DNA from: a virus
Taxonomy: Duplodnaviria > Caudoviricetes
Direction: 5' to 3' (one strand)
Virus record (IMG/VR): IMGVR_UViG_3300032225_002310
Coordinates: 18,326-82,325 of that record
DNA: 64,000 bases
Positions 27,897 to 36,745 of the stretch are shown in pieces. Each line of letters starts with the position of its first letter. The first letter of the stretch is position 1. The position numbers and the translations under genes were made by a program. A model generated the notes under the pieces. The model was given only the letters and a program-made list of their open reading frames with translations. It did no database searches and was not told where the DNA came from.

Positions 27897-28843
27897 AAGT
27901 ACTATCAGCCTCTAGAATTAAAACTCTTGAGACTTGCTCTTGGGTTTACTGGAATAACTATCACACCAAAGTTCCTCAAAGTCAAAATGACGGAGCCTTA
28001 AGGGGAACTATTTGTCATACAATTTTTGAATTGCTATTGAATAAAAGACATCTTAAAAATTACAAAAGAATAATAAAAAAGAACGCTATTGATGGAGATA
28101 AAGGCGTAGATAAATTAGTTAAAAAACTATCAGTAAAAGTTAAACTTGATGAAAGTAATTATAAGCTATTAAATGATATGATTTTGGTTGGTCTTAAGAA
28201 TGATTTCTTTGGAGAAGGTGGAGAAATAGTTAAACCAGAGTATGATTTTGATATTAAAAATGATGAACCAAAATATCATATTCGTGGTTTTATAGATAAG
28301 CCTATTAAAATTAAAAAAGAAATGCATATAATCGACTATAAAAGCTCCAAATATAAGTTTAGGGGTGATGACCTTGAAGCTAATATTCAAGCTATGATGT
28401 ATAGTCTAGCTAGTAAAAAACTATGGCCAAAATTAAAACCAATAGTAAAGTTTTTGTTTCTTAGATTTCCAAAACAACCAATTCAAGAACTAGTATTTGA
28501 TGATAATCAAATTAAGGGATTTGAGCATTACCTTGAACACATTAATGATTATGTTAATAAATTTGATGAAGAATCCGCTAGATCAAACTTTGCCGTAGAT
28601 AGCGTTAAGAATAAATGGATGTGTCAAGTTGGTGGATGGAAATGTCCATATAAAGATCCATACAAATATTATGTTAAAGTAAATGATCAAGGCGAAGTAG
28701 TAGAAACTAGTCTAGAAGATAACTTTAAAGATATTAAAGGATTCAAAGTAGAAACTCGAACATACGAAGGATGTCCTAAATTTCAAACTAGTTCTACTAA
28801 AGATGATTTTCTTGATGATTCAAAAGACGAATTTTTAGATTGA
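27878..28843 (+). CDS. PD-(D/E)XK exonuclease, Cas4/AddB-like
   Basis: LSASRI..C; GTICH; RGFIDK..IIDYKS; Q..MY; one N-terminal plus three C-terminal Cys. Confidence 0.85.
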   Translation: MEKQSLKVLSASRIKTLETCSWVYWNNYHTKVPQSQNDGALRGTICHTIFELLLNKRHLKNYKRIIKKNAIDGDKGVDKLVKKLSVKVKLDESNYKLLNDMILVGLKNDFFGEGGEIVKPEYDFDIKNDEPKYHIRGFIDKPIKIKKEMHIIDYKSSKYKFRGDDLEANIQAMMYSLASKKLWPKLKPIVKFLFLRFPKQPIQELVFDDNQIKGFEHYLEHINDYVNKFDEESARSNFAVDSVKNKWMCQVGGWKCPYKDPYKYYVKVNDQGEVVETSLEDNFKDIKGFKVETRTYEGCPKFQTSSTKDDFLDDSKDEFLD

Positions 28844-28868
28844 TATATTTATAAACTCTTGTTATATT
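28840..28868 (+). promoter_or_regulatory. sigma70-type promoter
   Basis: TTGATA N17 TATATT with TGn extension. Confidence 0.55.
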
Positions 28869-28875
28869 GGTAAAA

Positions 28876-29622
28876 ATGATACCTTTATTTAAATCTCATT
28901 ATTCTTTAGGAAGATCTATTCTCACTTTAGAGGATAAGTCCGAAAGAGATGAATATCCAGATTCTATTATTCAAATAGCTAAACAAAATAAATTAAAAGA
29001 GATATTCTTAGTAGAGGATAATATGTCATCATTTCTTGAAGCTTATACGAACTGCAAGACAAATGACATTAAATTGAATTATGGATTAAGAATTTCAGTT
29101 ACAGAATCTATGGTTGATAAAACTGATGAGTCAAGAGCTAAAAACTCAAAATTGATACTTTTCTTTAAAAATAAAAAGGGTTATGAATCTTTAACTAAAT
29201 TATTTAGTATTGGGGCAAAAGATGGTTTTTATTATGAACCTAGACTAGATTATGCAATAATAAAGAATAACTGGTCAGATGATTTAATTATGGGTATTCC
29301 ATTTTACGATTCTTTCATTTTTAATAACACTTTAAAAAATAGTATATGCGTTCCTCAAATAGATTTCACAAAGCCAGTAGTATTCATTGAACAAAATGAA
29401 TTACCTTTTGATTTTATTATCAAAGACAAAATGTTATCATTTGCAGAAAAGAATAAGCTAGAAGTTTTTAATACAAAAAGTATTTATTATACTGATAGAA
29501 AAGATTTTAAAACATATCTAACATTTAGATGTATTAACAACAGAAGCGTTTTAAATAAACCAGATATCGAGCATATGAGTAGCAATGAGTTTTGTTTCGA
29601 AAGCTGGAAGGAAAATAATTAA
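28876..29622 (+). CDS. Stand-alone PHP domain of DNA polymerase III alpha
   Basis: FKSHYS, EDN, YGLR, LFFKNKKGYESL.KL, YYEPRLD follow the DnaE N-terminal PHP pattern; start moved to ATG 28876. Confidence 0.85.
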   Translation: MIPLFKSHYSLGRSILTLEDKSERDEYPDSIIQIAKQNKLKEIFLVEDNMSSFLEAYTNCKTNDIKLNYGLRISVTESMVDKTDESRAKNSKLILFFKNKKGYESLTKLFSIGAKDGFYYEPRLDYAIIKNNWSDDLIMGIPFYDSFIFNNTLKNSICVPQIDFTKPVVFIEQNELPFDFIIKDKMLSFAEKNKLEVFNTKSIYYTDRKDFKTYLTFRCINNRSVLNKPDIEHMSSNEFCFESWKENN

Positions 29623-29624
29623 AT

Positions 29625-30263
29625 ATGGATGAACATCTCTTAAGATACGACAAGAATAAAACTTTAGTTTTTATAGATTGTGAAACTTTCAATCTTTGTT
29701 TAAACTTTTGTCATAATATCCCTTGGCAAATTGCAATGCTTAAAGTTCAAGGCGATAAGAAGATTGATCAAAAGAATTTTTATTTAAAATGGCAAACAGA
29801 TTTAAAAATTAGTCAAGATGCAGCCAGAATTACAAGATACGATCATAAAAAAGTTCAAAAAGAAGGTCATGATCCAAAAGAAATATTTCCAACTATTAAA
29901 GATTGGTTAGATAATGCAGATTATATTGTTGGTCATAATACTCTTGGATTTGACATTTATCTTATAAAAGAGTATTATAAATACATGGGCTGTAATTGGC
30001 ATCATCTTGTGAATAAATTTATTGATACAAATGCAGTAGCAAGAGGCATAAAATATGAGATGCCTTATAATTCAAAAGATAACTTAATTGAATATCAATA
30101 TAAAATTCTTCATACAAGAAAAAAGAATGTAAAAAGTTCTCTGACTTTCTTAGGTAAAGAAAATGGAATAGAGCATGATTATGAAAAACTTCATGATGCT
30201 ATTAATGATCTTGACTTAAATTTAAAAGTATGGAATAAATTGAAGTGGCAACTAGAGGTATAA
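29625..30263 (+). CDS. DEDDh 3'-5' exonuclease (DnaQ/epsilon-like)
   Basis: IDCET; GHNTLGFD; HDAIND. Confidence 0.9.
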   Translation: MDEHLLRYDKNKTLVFIDCETFNLCLNFCHNIPWQIAMLKVQGDKKIDQKNFYLKWQTDLKISQDAARITRYDHKKVQKEGHDPKEIFPTIKDWLDNADYIVGHNTLGFDIYLIKEYYKYMGCNWHHLVNKFIDTNAVARGIKYEMPYNSKDNLIEYQYKILHTRKKNVKSSLTFLGKENGIEHDYEKLHDAINDLDLNLKVWNKLKWQLEV

Positions 30264-30264
30264 T

Positions 30265-30483
30265 ATGGCATCATTAGATGATATTTATGATATAATCCAA
30301 AAACTAGAAGATGGTGGAATAGAATATTTACTTATTACTGTACAAAAAGGTAAGAAACAAGGCAAAGCAGATGTATTCTTTAGTTTAAAAGATAAAGCGT
30401 CTATGAAAATATTAGCAACTGGATTAGATGCCTTTAATAAAGAAATAGATAATATTGACAAACAAGATGAAGACGATGAATAA
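30265..30483 (+). CDS. Small hypothetical protein
   Basis: 72-aa ORF coupled to dnaE by overlap. Confidence 0.65.
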   Translation: MASLDDIYDIIQKLEDGGIEYLLITVQKGKKQGKADVFFSLKDKASMKILATGLDAFNKEIDNIDKQDEDDE

Positions 30484-33058
30484 TATTCTAAAAGACGAAG
30501 CGCTCTCTAGTAAATTTACTAGGACTGATCTTGGATTACATGGAGTCAGACTTCCAGAATTTAATATCGATACATCATTAAAAAGACATCTTAATATTAG
30601 CGAAGATGTTTCTAATTATGATTTTCTCAGAGCATTAGCTTTAAATGGTTTTAAGGATTTAAAAATAGAAAAAGACAATAAAGATTACAAAAAATATATT
30701 GATAGAGCAAAACATGAACTAGAAACATTAAAAGAATTAGGATTCACAGATTATATTTTATTAGTATGGGATGTTATTAACTTTTGCAAGACAAGTAATA
30801 TACCAGTTGGATTAGGTAGAGGTTCAGCAGCTGGTTCACTTATTCTCTATCTAATCGGCGTAACTAGAATTGATCCAGTTAAATATGACCTTTATTTCGA
30901 AAGATTTATATCTAAGATTCGAGCTAAAAAGCAGGTTATTGATGGAATAACGTATCTTGATGGTAGTTTAATGTGCGATGTTGATTTGGATATTTGTTAT
31001 TATAATCGTCAAAAAGTATTACAGTATTTAGAATCTAAATTTAAAGGTAAAACTAGCAAAATCTTAACGCTCAACACCTTGAGTGGAAAACTATTAATTA
31101 AAGAATGCGGTAAAATTGTTGGAGAAAAGAGCGAAGAAGAAATGACGAATATTTCTTCGTTGATTCCAAAAGTTTATGGTCAAGTTAAAGATATTAATAC
31201 GGCATATGAGGAAGTAGAAAAATTTAAAGATTGGTGTGATGAAAACAAAGAAACATTTCAAATTGCTCTAAAGTTAAGAGATCTTATTAAAAATAAAGGA
31301 GTTCATCCATCTGGAGTTCTTCTTTCTTATTATGATTTAGAAACAGTATGTCCAACAGAATTTTCTTCTGATAAAGAACCAGTTTCAAGTTTTGATATGA
31401 ATTGGGTTAGTTTGTTTAATATTAAACTTGATATTTTGGGATTAAGAAGTGTTTCTGTTGTAGATGATGTTTGTAAAAATATTGGCATTAAAGTGGAAGA
31501 TATTGATTTAAATCATGAATCTATTTACAGAAATCTGCAAGATCTAAAGTCTCCTCATGGACTGTTTCAAATTGAGGCTGAAACTAATTTTAGAGTTTGT
31601 CAAAAAGTAAAACCAAAAGATCTTGAAGAACTTAGCGGAGTATTGGCTCTAGCAAGACCTGGAGCATTACAATTCGTAGATAAATATGCTGCTCACACAA
31701 ATTATCAACAATCAGAAAGTATTCATCCATTCTTTGACGACATTCTAAAACAAACTGGTGGAGTAGCATTGTATCAAGAGCAATTAATGAAGATGGCTAA
31801 TAAGATTGGATTTACTTTGGATGAAGCAGAAATCTTGAGAAGAATCGTGGGTAAAAAGAAAACTGAAGAAATTAAAGCTTGGAAAAAGAAGATCGAATCA
31901 AAGATCAAAGAAAATAAGATACCTAAAGAAGTAGGAGAGATTCTATGGAAAATTTTAGAAGATTCTGCTAATTATTCATTTAATAAGAGTCATTCGTTGG
32001 CATATGCAGCTTTAGCAGCAGTTACAATTTATTTGAAATTTAATTATCCTCAACAATTCTTCTTATCTTTATTGAAAATGAGTAGAAACGAACCAGACCC
32101 AATTGGTGAAATTTCTAAGATTCAAAAAGAAATGCATGAATTTGATATCAAACTTCTTCCTCCGCATATCATTAAATCAGAAATGGACTTCTCAATAGAA
32201 GATAAAGACATTAGATTTGGATTATTGTCAATCAAGGGAATTAGTGATAAATCAATTGAAAAACTAAATAGCTTCAGAAATAAGTATTCTAATAAGTTCG
32301 AAATCTTTCAAGCAGCAGAAGAAGCTAATCTTAATATCGGAGTCTTATCTTCTTTGATTCAAGCAGGAGCATTAAGTGGTTTCAATCAATCTAGAAGTAA
32401 AATAGTATTAGAAGCTCAATTGTGGAATATTTTAACATCTAAAGAAAAGAAGTATTCAATTTCATTCGCAGATAAGTTTGATTATGACTTGATTAAAATT
32501 ATTAAGCATCTTAATAAGTTTACTGACGAAAAGAATCATTTGGTTATTAAGGATACAAGACTAAATACCATCAAAGCAAAATATGCACCATATCTTGAAA
32601 TCTACAATCAGAATAGTAAAAGTGAAAGTTTTGCTAATTGGTATTATGAAAAGAAACTTTTGGGATATACATATAATAAAAATCTAAGAGATATCTTTGC
32701 CGAGAAGAGAGAAAACCTTAAATATATTAGCGATATTATAGATGAACCAGTTAATAGCAAGGTGGCATTAGTTGGTCAAATAGAAGAAGTATATACTGGC
32801 GTTTCAAAAAATGAAAAGAAAACCAGATACGTAAGATTAAAAATATCAGATGAAACTAGTTCAATTAGCGTATTAATATTCAATGATAATATTGAGAATA
32901 ATAAACTATTAAATAATAAAGCTTTTGAAGAAGGAAATATTGTTATCGCAAAGGGTTCAAAGAGAGATGATTGTATATTCGGAGACTTGATAGCTATTCA
33001 AGATCATCAAATTTATATGAAATTAAATGATTTAAAAAAGACAGATAAAAATAATTGA
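30476..33058 (+). CDS. dnaE: DNA polymerase III alpha core lacking the PHP domain
   Basis: GRGSAAGS; FERF; DVDLD; HPSG; KLDILGL; LARPG; YQEQLM; YSFNKSHS; C-terminal OB fold. Start moved to ATG 30476. Confidence 0.95.
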   Translation: MNNILKDEALSSKFTRTDLGLHGVRLPEFNIDTSLKRHLNISEDVSNYDFLRALALNGFKDLKIEKDNKDYKKYIDRAKHELETLKELGFTDYILLVWDVINFCKTSNIPVGLGRGSAAGSLILYLIGVTRIDPVKYDLYFERFISKIRAKKQVIDGITYLDGSLMCDVDLDICYYNRQKVLQYLESKFKGKTSKILTLNTLSGKLLIKECGKIVGEKSEEEMTNISSLIPKVYGQVKDINTAYEEVEKFKDWCDENKETFQIALKLRDLIKNKGVHPSGVLLSYYDLETVCPTEFSSDKEPVSSFDMNWVSLFNIKLDILGLRSVSVVDDVCKNIGIKVEDIDLNHESIYRNLQDLKSPHGLFQIEAETNFRVCQKVKPKDLEELSGVLALARPGALQFVDKYAAHTNYQQSESIHPFFDDILKQTGGVALYQEQLMKMANKIGFTLDEAEILRRIVGKKKTEEIKAWKKKIESKIKENKIPKEVGEILWKILEDSANYSFNKSHSLAYAALAAVTIYLKFNYPQQFFLSLLKMSRNEPDPIGEISKIQKEMHEFDIKLLPPHIIKSEMDFSIEDKDIRFGLLSIKGISDKSIEKLNSFRNKYSNKFEIFQAAEEANLNIGVLSSLIQAGALSGFNQSRSKIVLEAQLWNILTSKEKKYSISFADKFDYDLIKIIKHLNKFTDEKNHLVIKDTRLNTIKAKYAPYLEIYNQNSKSESFANWYYEKKLLGYTYNKNLRDIFAEKRENLKYISDIIDEPVNSKVALVGQIEEVYTGVSKNEKKTRYVRLKISDETSSISVLIFNDNIENNKLLNNKAFEEGNIVIAKGSKRDDCIFGDLIAIQDHQIYMKLNDLKKTDKNN

Positions 33059-33083
33059 CATTTTTAAATATAGATAGTAACAT
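33055..33083 (+). promoter_or_regulatory. sigma70 promoter
   Basis: TTGACA N17 TAACAT. Confidence 0.7.
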
Positions 33084-33091
33084 AAAGTAAT

Positions 33092-33637
33092 ATGATATCA
33101 TTTTATAAACCAAATAGTAAGAATACAGGCACAGCTTGTAGTTTTAGCGTAAATTCGAAAGATAATTCAGTATGGGGATCACTAATCAAGCAAAGTTCTT
33201 GGAATGACGCGAAAAAGATTGGATCTTTTTCGGAAAATCAAAACAATCCAAGTAAAAGTGTTAAAGTTAAATTTTCACTTACAGAAGCAGCTGGGCTTCT
33301 TGATGCTTTAGAAAGAAATACGGAATTTTCAGCTTATCATACTTCTGAAAAACAAATTACTAAAATTAAATTAGCCCCTTATATTAGAGATGAAAAACAA
33401 GTAGGGTTTTCGTATAGCGTTAATAAAGAAGATAAACAAAACGTAGAAAACAAACAATCTTATTTGATTGGTTTTTATTTTAACGAAGCAAGACTATTGA
33501 AAGAATTTTTAAGTTATTCTTTAAATTCCGTTTTCGAAGCCCAAAGAATTGAAGCTATTAAGAAAGCGAAAAATTCAACAAAAGAAACCAAAGACGTTAG
33601 CGCAACTAATCAAGAAGAAGATAGCGAACTCTGGTAA
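33092..33637 (+). CDS. Putative ssDNA-binding protein, Whirly/PC4-like, acidic C-tail
   Basis: Duplicated beta4-alpha pattern (KFSLTEAAGLL / GFYFNEARLL); ends QEEDSELW. Confidence 0.55.
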   Translation: MISFYKPNSKNTGTACSFSVNSKDNSVWGSLIKQSSWNDAKKIGSFSENQNNPSKSVKVKFSLTEAAGLLDALERNTEFSAYHTSEKQITKIKLAPYIRDEKQVGFSYSVNKEDKQNVENKQSYLIGFYFNEARLLKEFLSYSLNSVFEAQRIEAIKKAKNSTKETKDVSATNQEEDSELW

Positions 33638-35553
33638 TGGAAAGAAAAAAGAAAGTTCTAATACAAACAGATTTTTCCTTAGCCAAAACAGGCTTTGGTA
33701 GAAATGCTAGAGCTTTACTTAAATATTTATATTCTACAAATAAATATGATTTAGTTCATTATTGTTGCGGAATGACTTATGATCATCCAGAGTTTAAAAA
33801 GACCCCTTGGAAATCAGTAGGTTCACTTCCCAACACTCAACAAGAATTAGATCAATTAAATAAAGATCCAAATTTAGCTAGAATGGCTAGTTATGGAGCG
33901 CATTATCTAGATCGAGTAATTAATGATGAAAAACCAGATGTATATTTTGCGGTACAAGATATATGGGGAGTAGATTTTGCTATTGAAAAGCCTTGGTTTA
34001 ATAAAATTGCATCTGTAATTTGGACCACATTAGATTCTCTTCCTATTCTTCAATCGGCTATCACTAATGCTCCAAAAATTAAGAACTATTGGATTTGGAG
34101 TAATTTCGCTACAAAAGCTCTTCACAAACTTGGATATAGTAATGTAAAAACTGTTCATGGCTCTTTAGAAGACAAAGATTTTTATCGTTTATCAGATTTT
34201 GATAGAAATCAACTTAGAAAAAAATATAATATTGCTCAAGATGCATTTATTATTGGATTCGTATTTAGAAATCAATTAAGAAAAAGTGTTCCTAATTTAC
34301 TTCAAGGATATGCATTATGGAAAAAAAATAATCCTCAAATTAAAAATACATATCTACTGCTTCATACTCATTGGGGAGAAGGATGGAATATTCATAAACT
34401 AGCAGCAGAAGCTGGAGTAAATCAAAATGAAATATTAACAACTTATGTATGTAAAAGTTGTGGAAGTTATGAAATTAAAAATTTTACTGGACAAGATTTA
34501 GATTGTAAATTTTGTGGATCAAAGAAAACTCAAACTACCACAAATGTTGGTATTGGAGTTACAGAGTCTCAATTAAATGAAGTCTATAATTTAATGGATG
34601 TTTATTGTCATCCATTCACTAGCGGAGGACAAGAAATCCCAATTCAAGAAGCGAAACTAACTGAATTAATTACATTGGTTACAAATTATTCTTGCGGAGA
34701 AGAAATGTGTGAATCTGAAGCTAACTCCCTGCCATTAGATTGGATAGAATACAGAGAACATGGAACAGAATTTATTAAAGCATCAACTCTTCCAGAGTCA
34801 ATAGCAAAACAGTTAAATATAGTATATAAAATGCCAATTCATCAAAGAAAAGAGATTGGTAAAAAAGCTAGGGAATGGACTATTAATCATTTTGCAGTTA
34901 GTAATGTCGGAAAAACTATAGAAAATTTTATTGATAATCAAAAATTAATTGATTGGGATCAAATAAAAGAAAATCCAGAAGATAAAAAAGATCCTTATTT
35001 TCAAATTCCCAATATAACAGATGATGCAGAATGGTTAATTTTTATGTATCATAATATATTAAAAATGAAAAATGTTGATCGTAATGATTCTGGACATCAA
35101 TACTGGATGGGTGAATTAGCCAAAGGAGCAAAAAGACAAGACATTGAAAATTATTTTAGAAATGTAGCTTTAAAAGAAAGTGAAGATAAAAAACAAGTTA
35201 AATTTGAAGACTTGCTTGATCCAAATGATAAAGGTAGAGTGGTATATGTTATGCCAGAAAGCGCTGGAGACATTTTCTTAAGTACTGCATTATTTAAATC
35301 TATTAAAAATAGATATCCAGATTATAGTTTATATGTATCTACTAAACCTCAATATAAGGACATTTTAGATGGTAATCCATATATCCATAGGTGGATAGAG
35401 TATAATCCAATTATGGATAATTTGATTTGGCTAGAAGGAAATAATCAACATGATGGTTATTTTGATATTGCTTATTTACCTTATACATGTACTCAAAGAA
35501 ATTTAAATTATCTGCACAATGGCTTAGATAAAATAGAATTTCAATTGAGTTAA
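33637..35553 (+). CDS. GT4-like glycosyltransferase with Zn ribbon, DUF4214-like helical domain and a GT9-like N-lobe at its C-terminus
   Basis: TGFGR; RNQLRKSVP; SGGQEIPIQEA; CKSC..CKFC; MYHNIL..DSGHQYW; SAGDIFLSTALFKSIKNRYP..ILDGNPYI. Confidence 0.8.
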   Translation: MERKKKVLIQTDFSLAKTGFGRNARALLKYLYSTNKYDLVHYCCGMTYDHPEFKKTPWKSVGSLPNTQQELDQLNKDPNLARMASYGAHYLDRVINDEKPDVYFAVQDIWGVDFAIEKPWFNKIASVIWTTLDSLPILQSAITNAPKIKNYWIWSNFATKALHKLGYSNVKTVHGSLEDKDFYRLSDFDRNQLRKKYNIAQDAFIIGFVFRNQLRKSVPNLLQGYALWKKNNPQIKNTYLLLHTHWGEGWNIHKLAAEAGVNQNEILTTYVCKSCGSYEIKNFTGQDLDCKFCGSKKTQTTTNVGIGVTESQLNEVYNLMDVYCHPFTSGGQEIPIQEAKLTELITLVTNYSCGEEMCESEANSLPLDWIEYREHGTEFIKASTLPESIAKQLNIVYKMPIHQRKEIGKKAREWTINHFAVSNVGKTIENFIDNQKLIDWDQIKENPEDKKDPYFQIPNITDDAEWLIFMYHNILKMKNVDRNDSGHQYWMGELAKGAKRQDIENYFRNVALKESEDKKQVKFEDLLDPNDKGRVVYVMPESAGDIFLSTALFKSIKNRYPDYSLYVSTKPQYKDILDGNPYIHRWIEYNPIMDNLIWLEGNNQHDGYFDIAYLPYTCTQRNLNYLHNGLDKIEFQLS

Positions 35554-35567
35554 TATATCATAAATAA

Positions 35568-36719
35568 ATGAGACTTCTTGATACATACGCAACAAATACT
35601 GGTTCAAAAATCGATAAACCTTTTATTTATACTAAATTTTTTCCATTACCTTTAGATAGATATATAACACTTCAATCTCAAACTCCATATGATTCAAGAA
35701 ATTACTCTTTTTGGCAAGAAGTTATAGACATAATAGTTCCATATTTATCAAAAGAAAAAATACACCTTGTTCAAGTTGGAACTAAAGATGAGAGGCCATT
35801 AAATGGAGCGATTAATTTATTAGGTCAAACTAATATAAATCAATTAGCTTATGTAATAGAAAACTCTACTTTACATTTTGGAGCGGATAGTCTTTGTGTT
35901 CATTTAGCTTCATATTTTGATAAACCTATAGTTTCAATTTATAGTATAAGTAACCCAAATGTAGCTGGTCCACATTTTGGAGATAAAAATAAACATATTT
36001 TATTAAAAGGATACGAAAGGATAGGAAATAAAAAACCATCCTACTCTCAAGTAGAATCGCCAAAATCTATTGATACAATTAAACCAGAAGAAATTGCTAA
36101 ATCAATTTTACAATTATTAGATATAAAATATAATGACATACCAGAAACTATATTTTTTGGAACAGATTTTAATGTTAAAAGTTTCGAAATTATTCCAGAT
36201 GAAATTTTAGATCCAAGTTCAATACCAGTAGAAAATCCAATCGTAAGAATGGACTATCACTTCAATGAAAAAGCTTTAGAAATTATAATTTCTATGAAGA
36301 AAAGTATTATTTTTACAAATAAACCCATTAAAAAAGATATTATTGAAAAATATAAACATAATATTAATCAATTAATTTATATAATTGAAGAAGATAATGA
36401 TGTTAATTTTGTTAAACTATTAAAGAATAATTCGATAAATTATGTACTTTTATCATTTTTACCAGAAGAAGTTTTAAATAATTTTAAATTAGATTATATG
36501 GATTATAATTTAATTGTTAATAGGAAACATAAAACTAAAGAAGATACAAAAATAGAAGATATAAATAATCTTTATTATAAATCTTGTAGAACGTTATTTT
36601 CATCAAAAGGTAAATTTTTATCCAGATATGATTGGATTAATCGAAATGGTAATAAAGTGGTAGATCATCCAGATTTTTGGAAAGAAGCTGATAATTTCTA
36701 TATTTTTAAGTTGACTTAA
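35568..36719 (+). CDS. GT9 (heptosyltransferase)-like C-lobe protein
   Basis: LVQVG..LLGQTNINQLAYVIENSTLHFGADSLCVHLASYFDKPIVSIY. Confidence 0.7.
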   Translation: MRLLDTYATNTGSKIDKPFIYTKFFPLPLDRYITLQSQTPYDSRNYSFWQEVIDIIVPYLSKEKIHLVQVGTKDERPLNGAINLLGQTNINQLAYVIENSTLHFGADSLCVHLASYFDKPIVSIYSISNPNVAGPHFGDKNKHILLKGYERIGNKKPSYSQVESPKSIDTIKPEEIAKSILQLLDIKYNDIPETIFFGTDFNVKSFEIIPDEILDPSSIPVENPIVRMDYHFNEKALEIIISMKKSIIFTNKPIKKDIIEKYKHNINQLIYIIEEDNDVNFVKLLKNNSINYVLLSFLPEEVLNNFKLDYMDYNLIVNRKHKTKEDTKIEDINNLYYKSCRTLFSSKGKFLSRYDWINRNGNKVVDHPDFWKEADNFYIFKLT

Positions 36720-36739
36720 TATACAATCCGTAGTATCAT
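36711..36739 (+). promoter_or_regulatory. sigma70 promoter
   Basis: TTGACT N17 TATCAT. Confidence 0.75.
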
Positions 36740-36745
36740 TACTAA

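Noticed and set aside
27878-28843. CRISPR-Cas locus
   Set aside because: Only a solo Cas4-like nuclease; no cas1, cas2 or repeat-spacer array seen.
28876-33058. Split-intein DnaE or a frameshifted pseudogene
   Set aside because: No intein terminal motifs; two complete unrelated ORFs lie between the pieces; the core catalytic motifs are intact.
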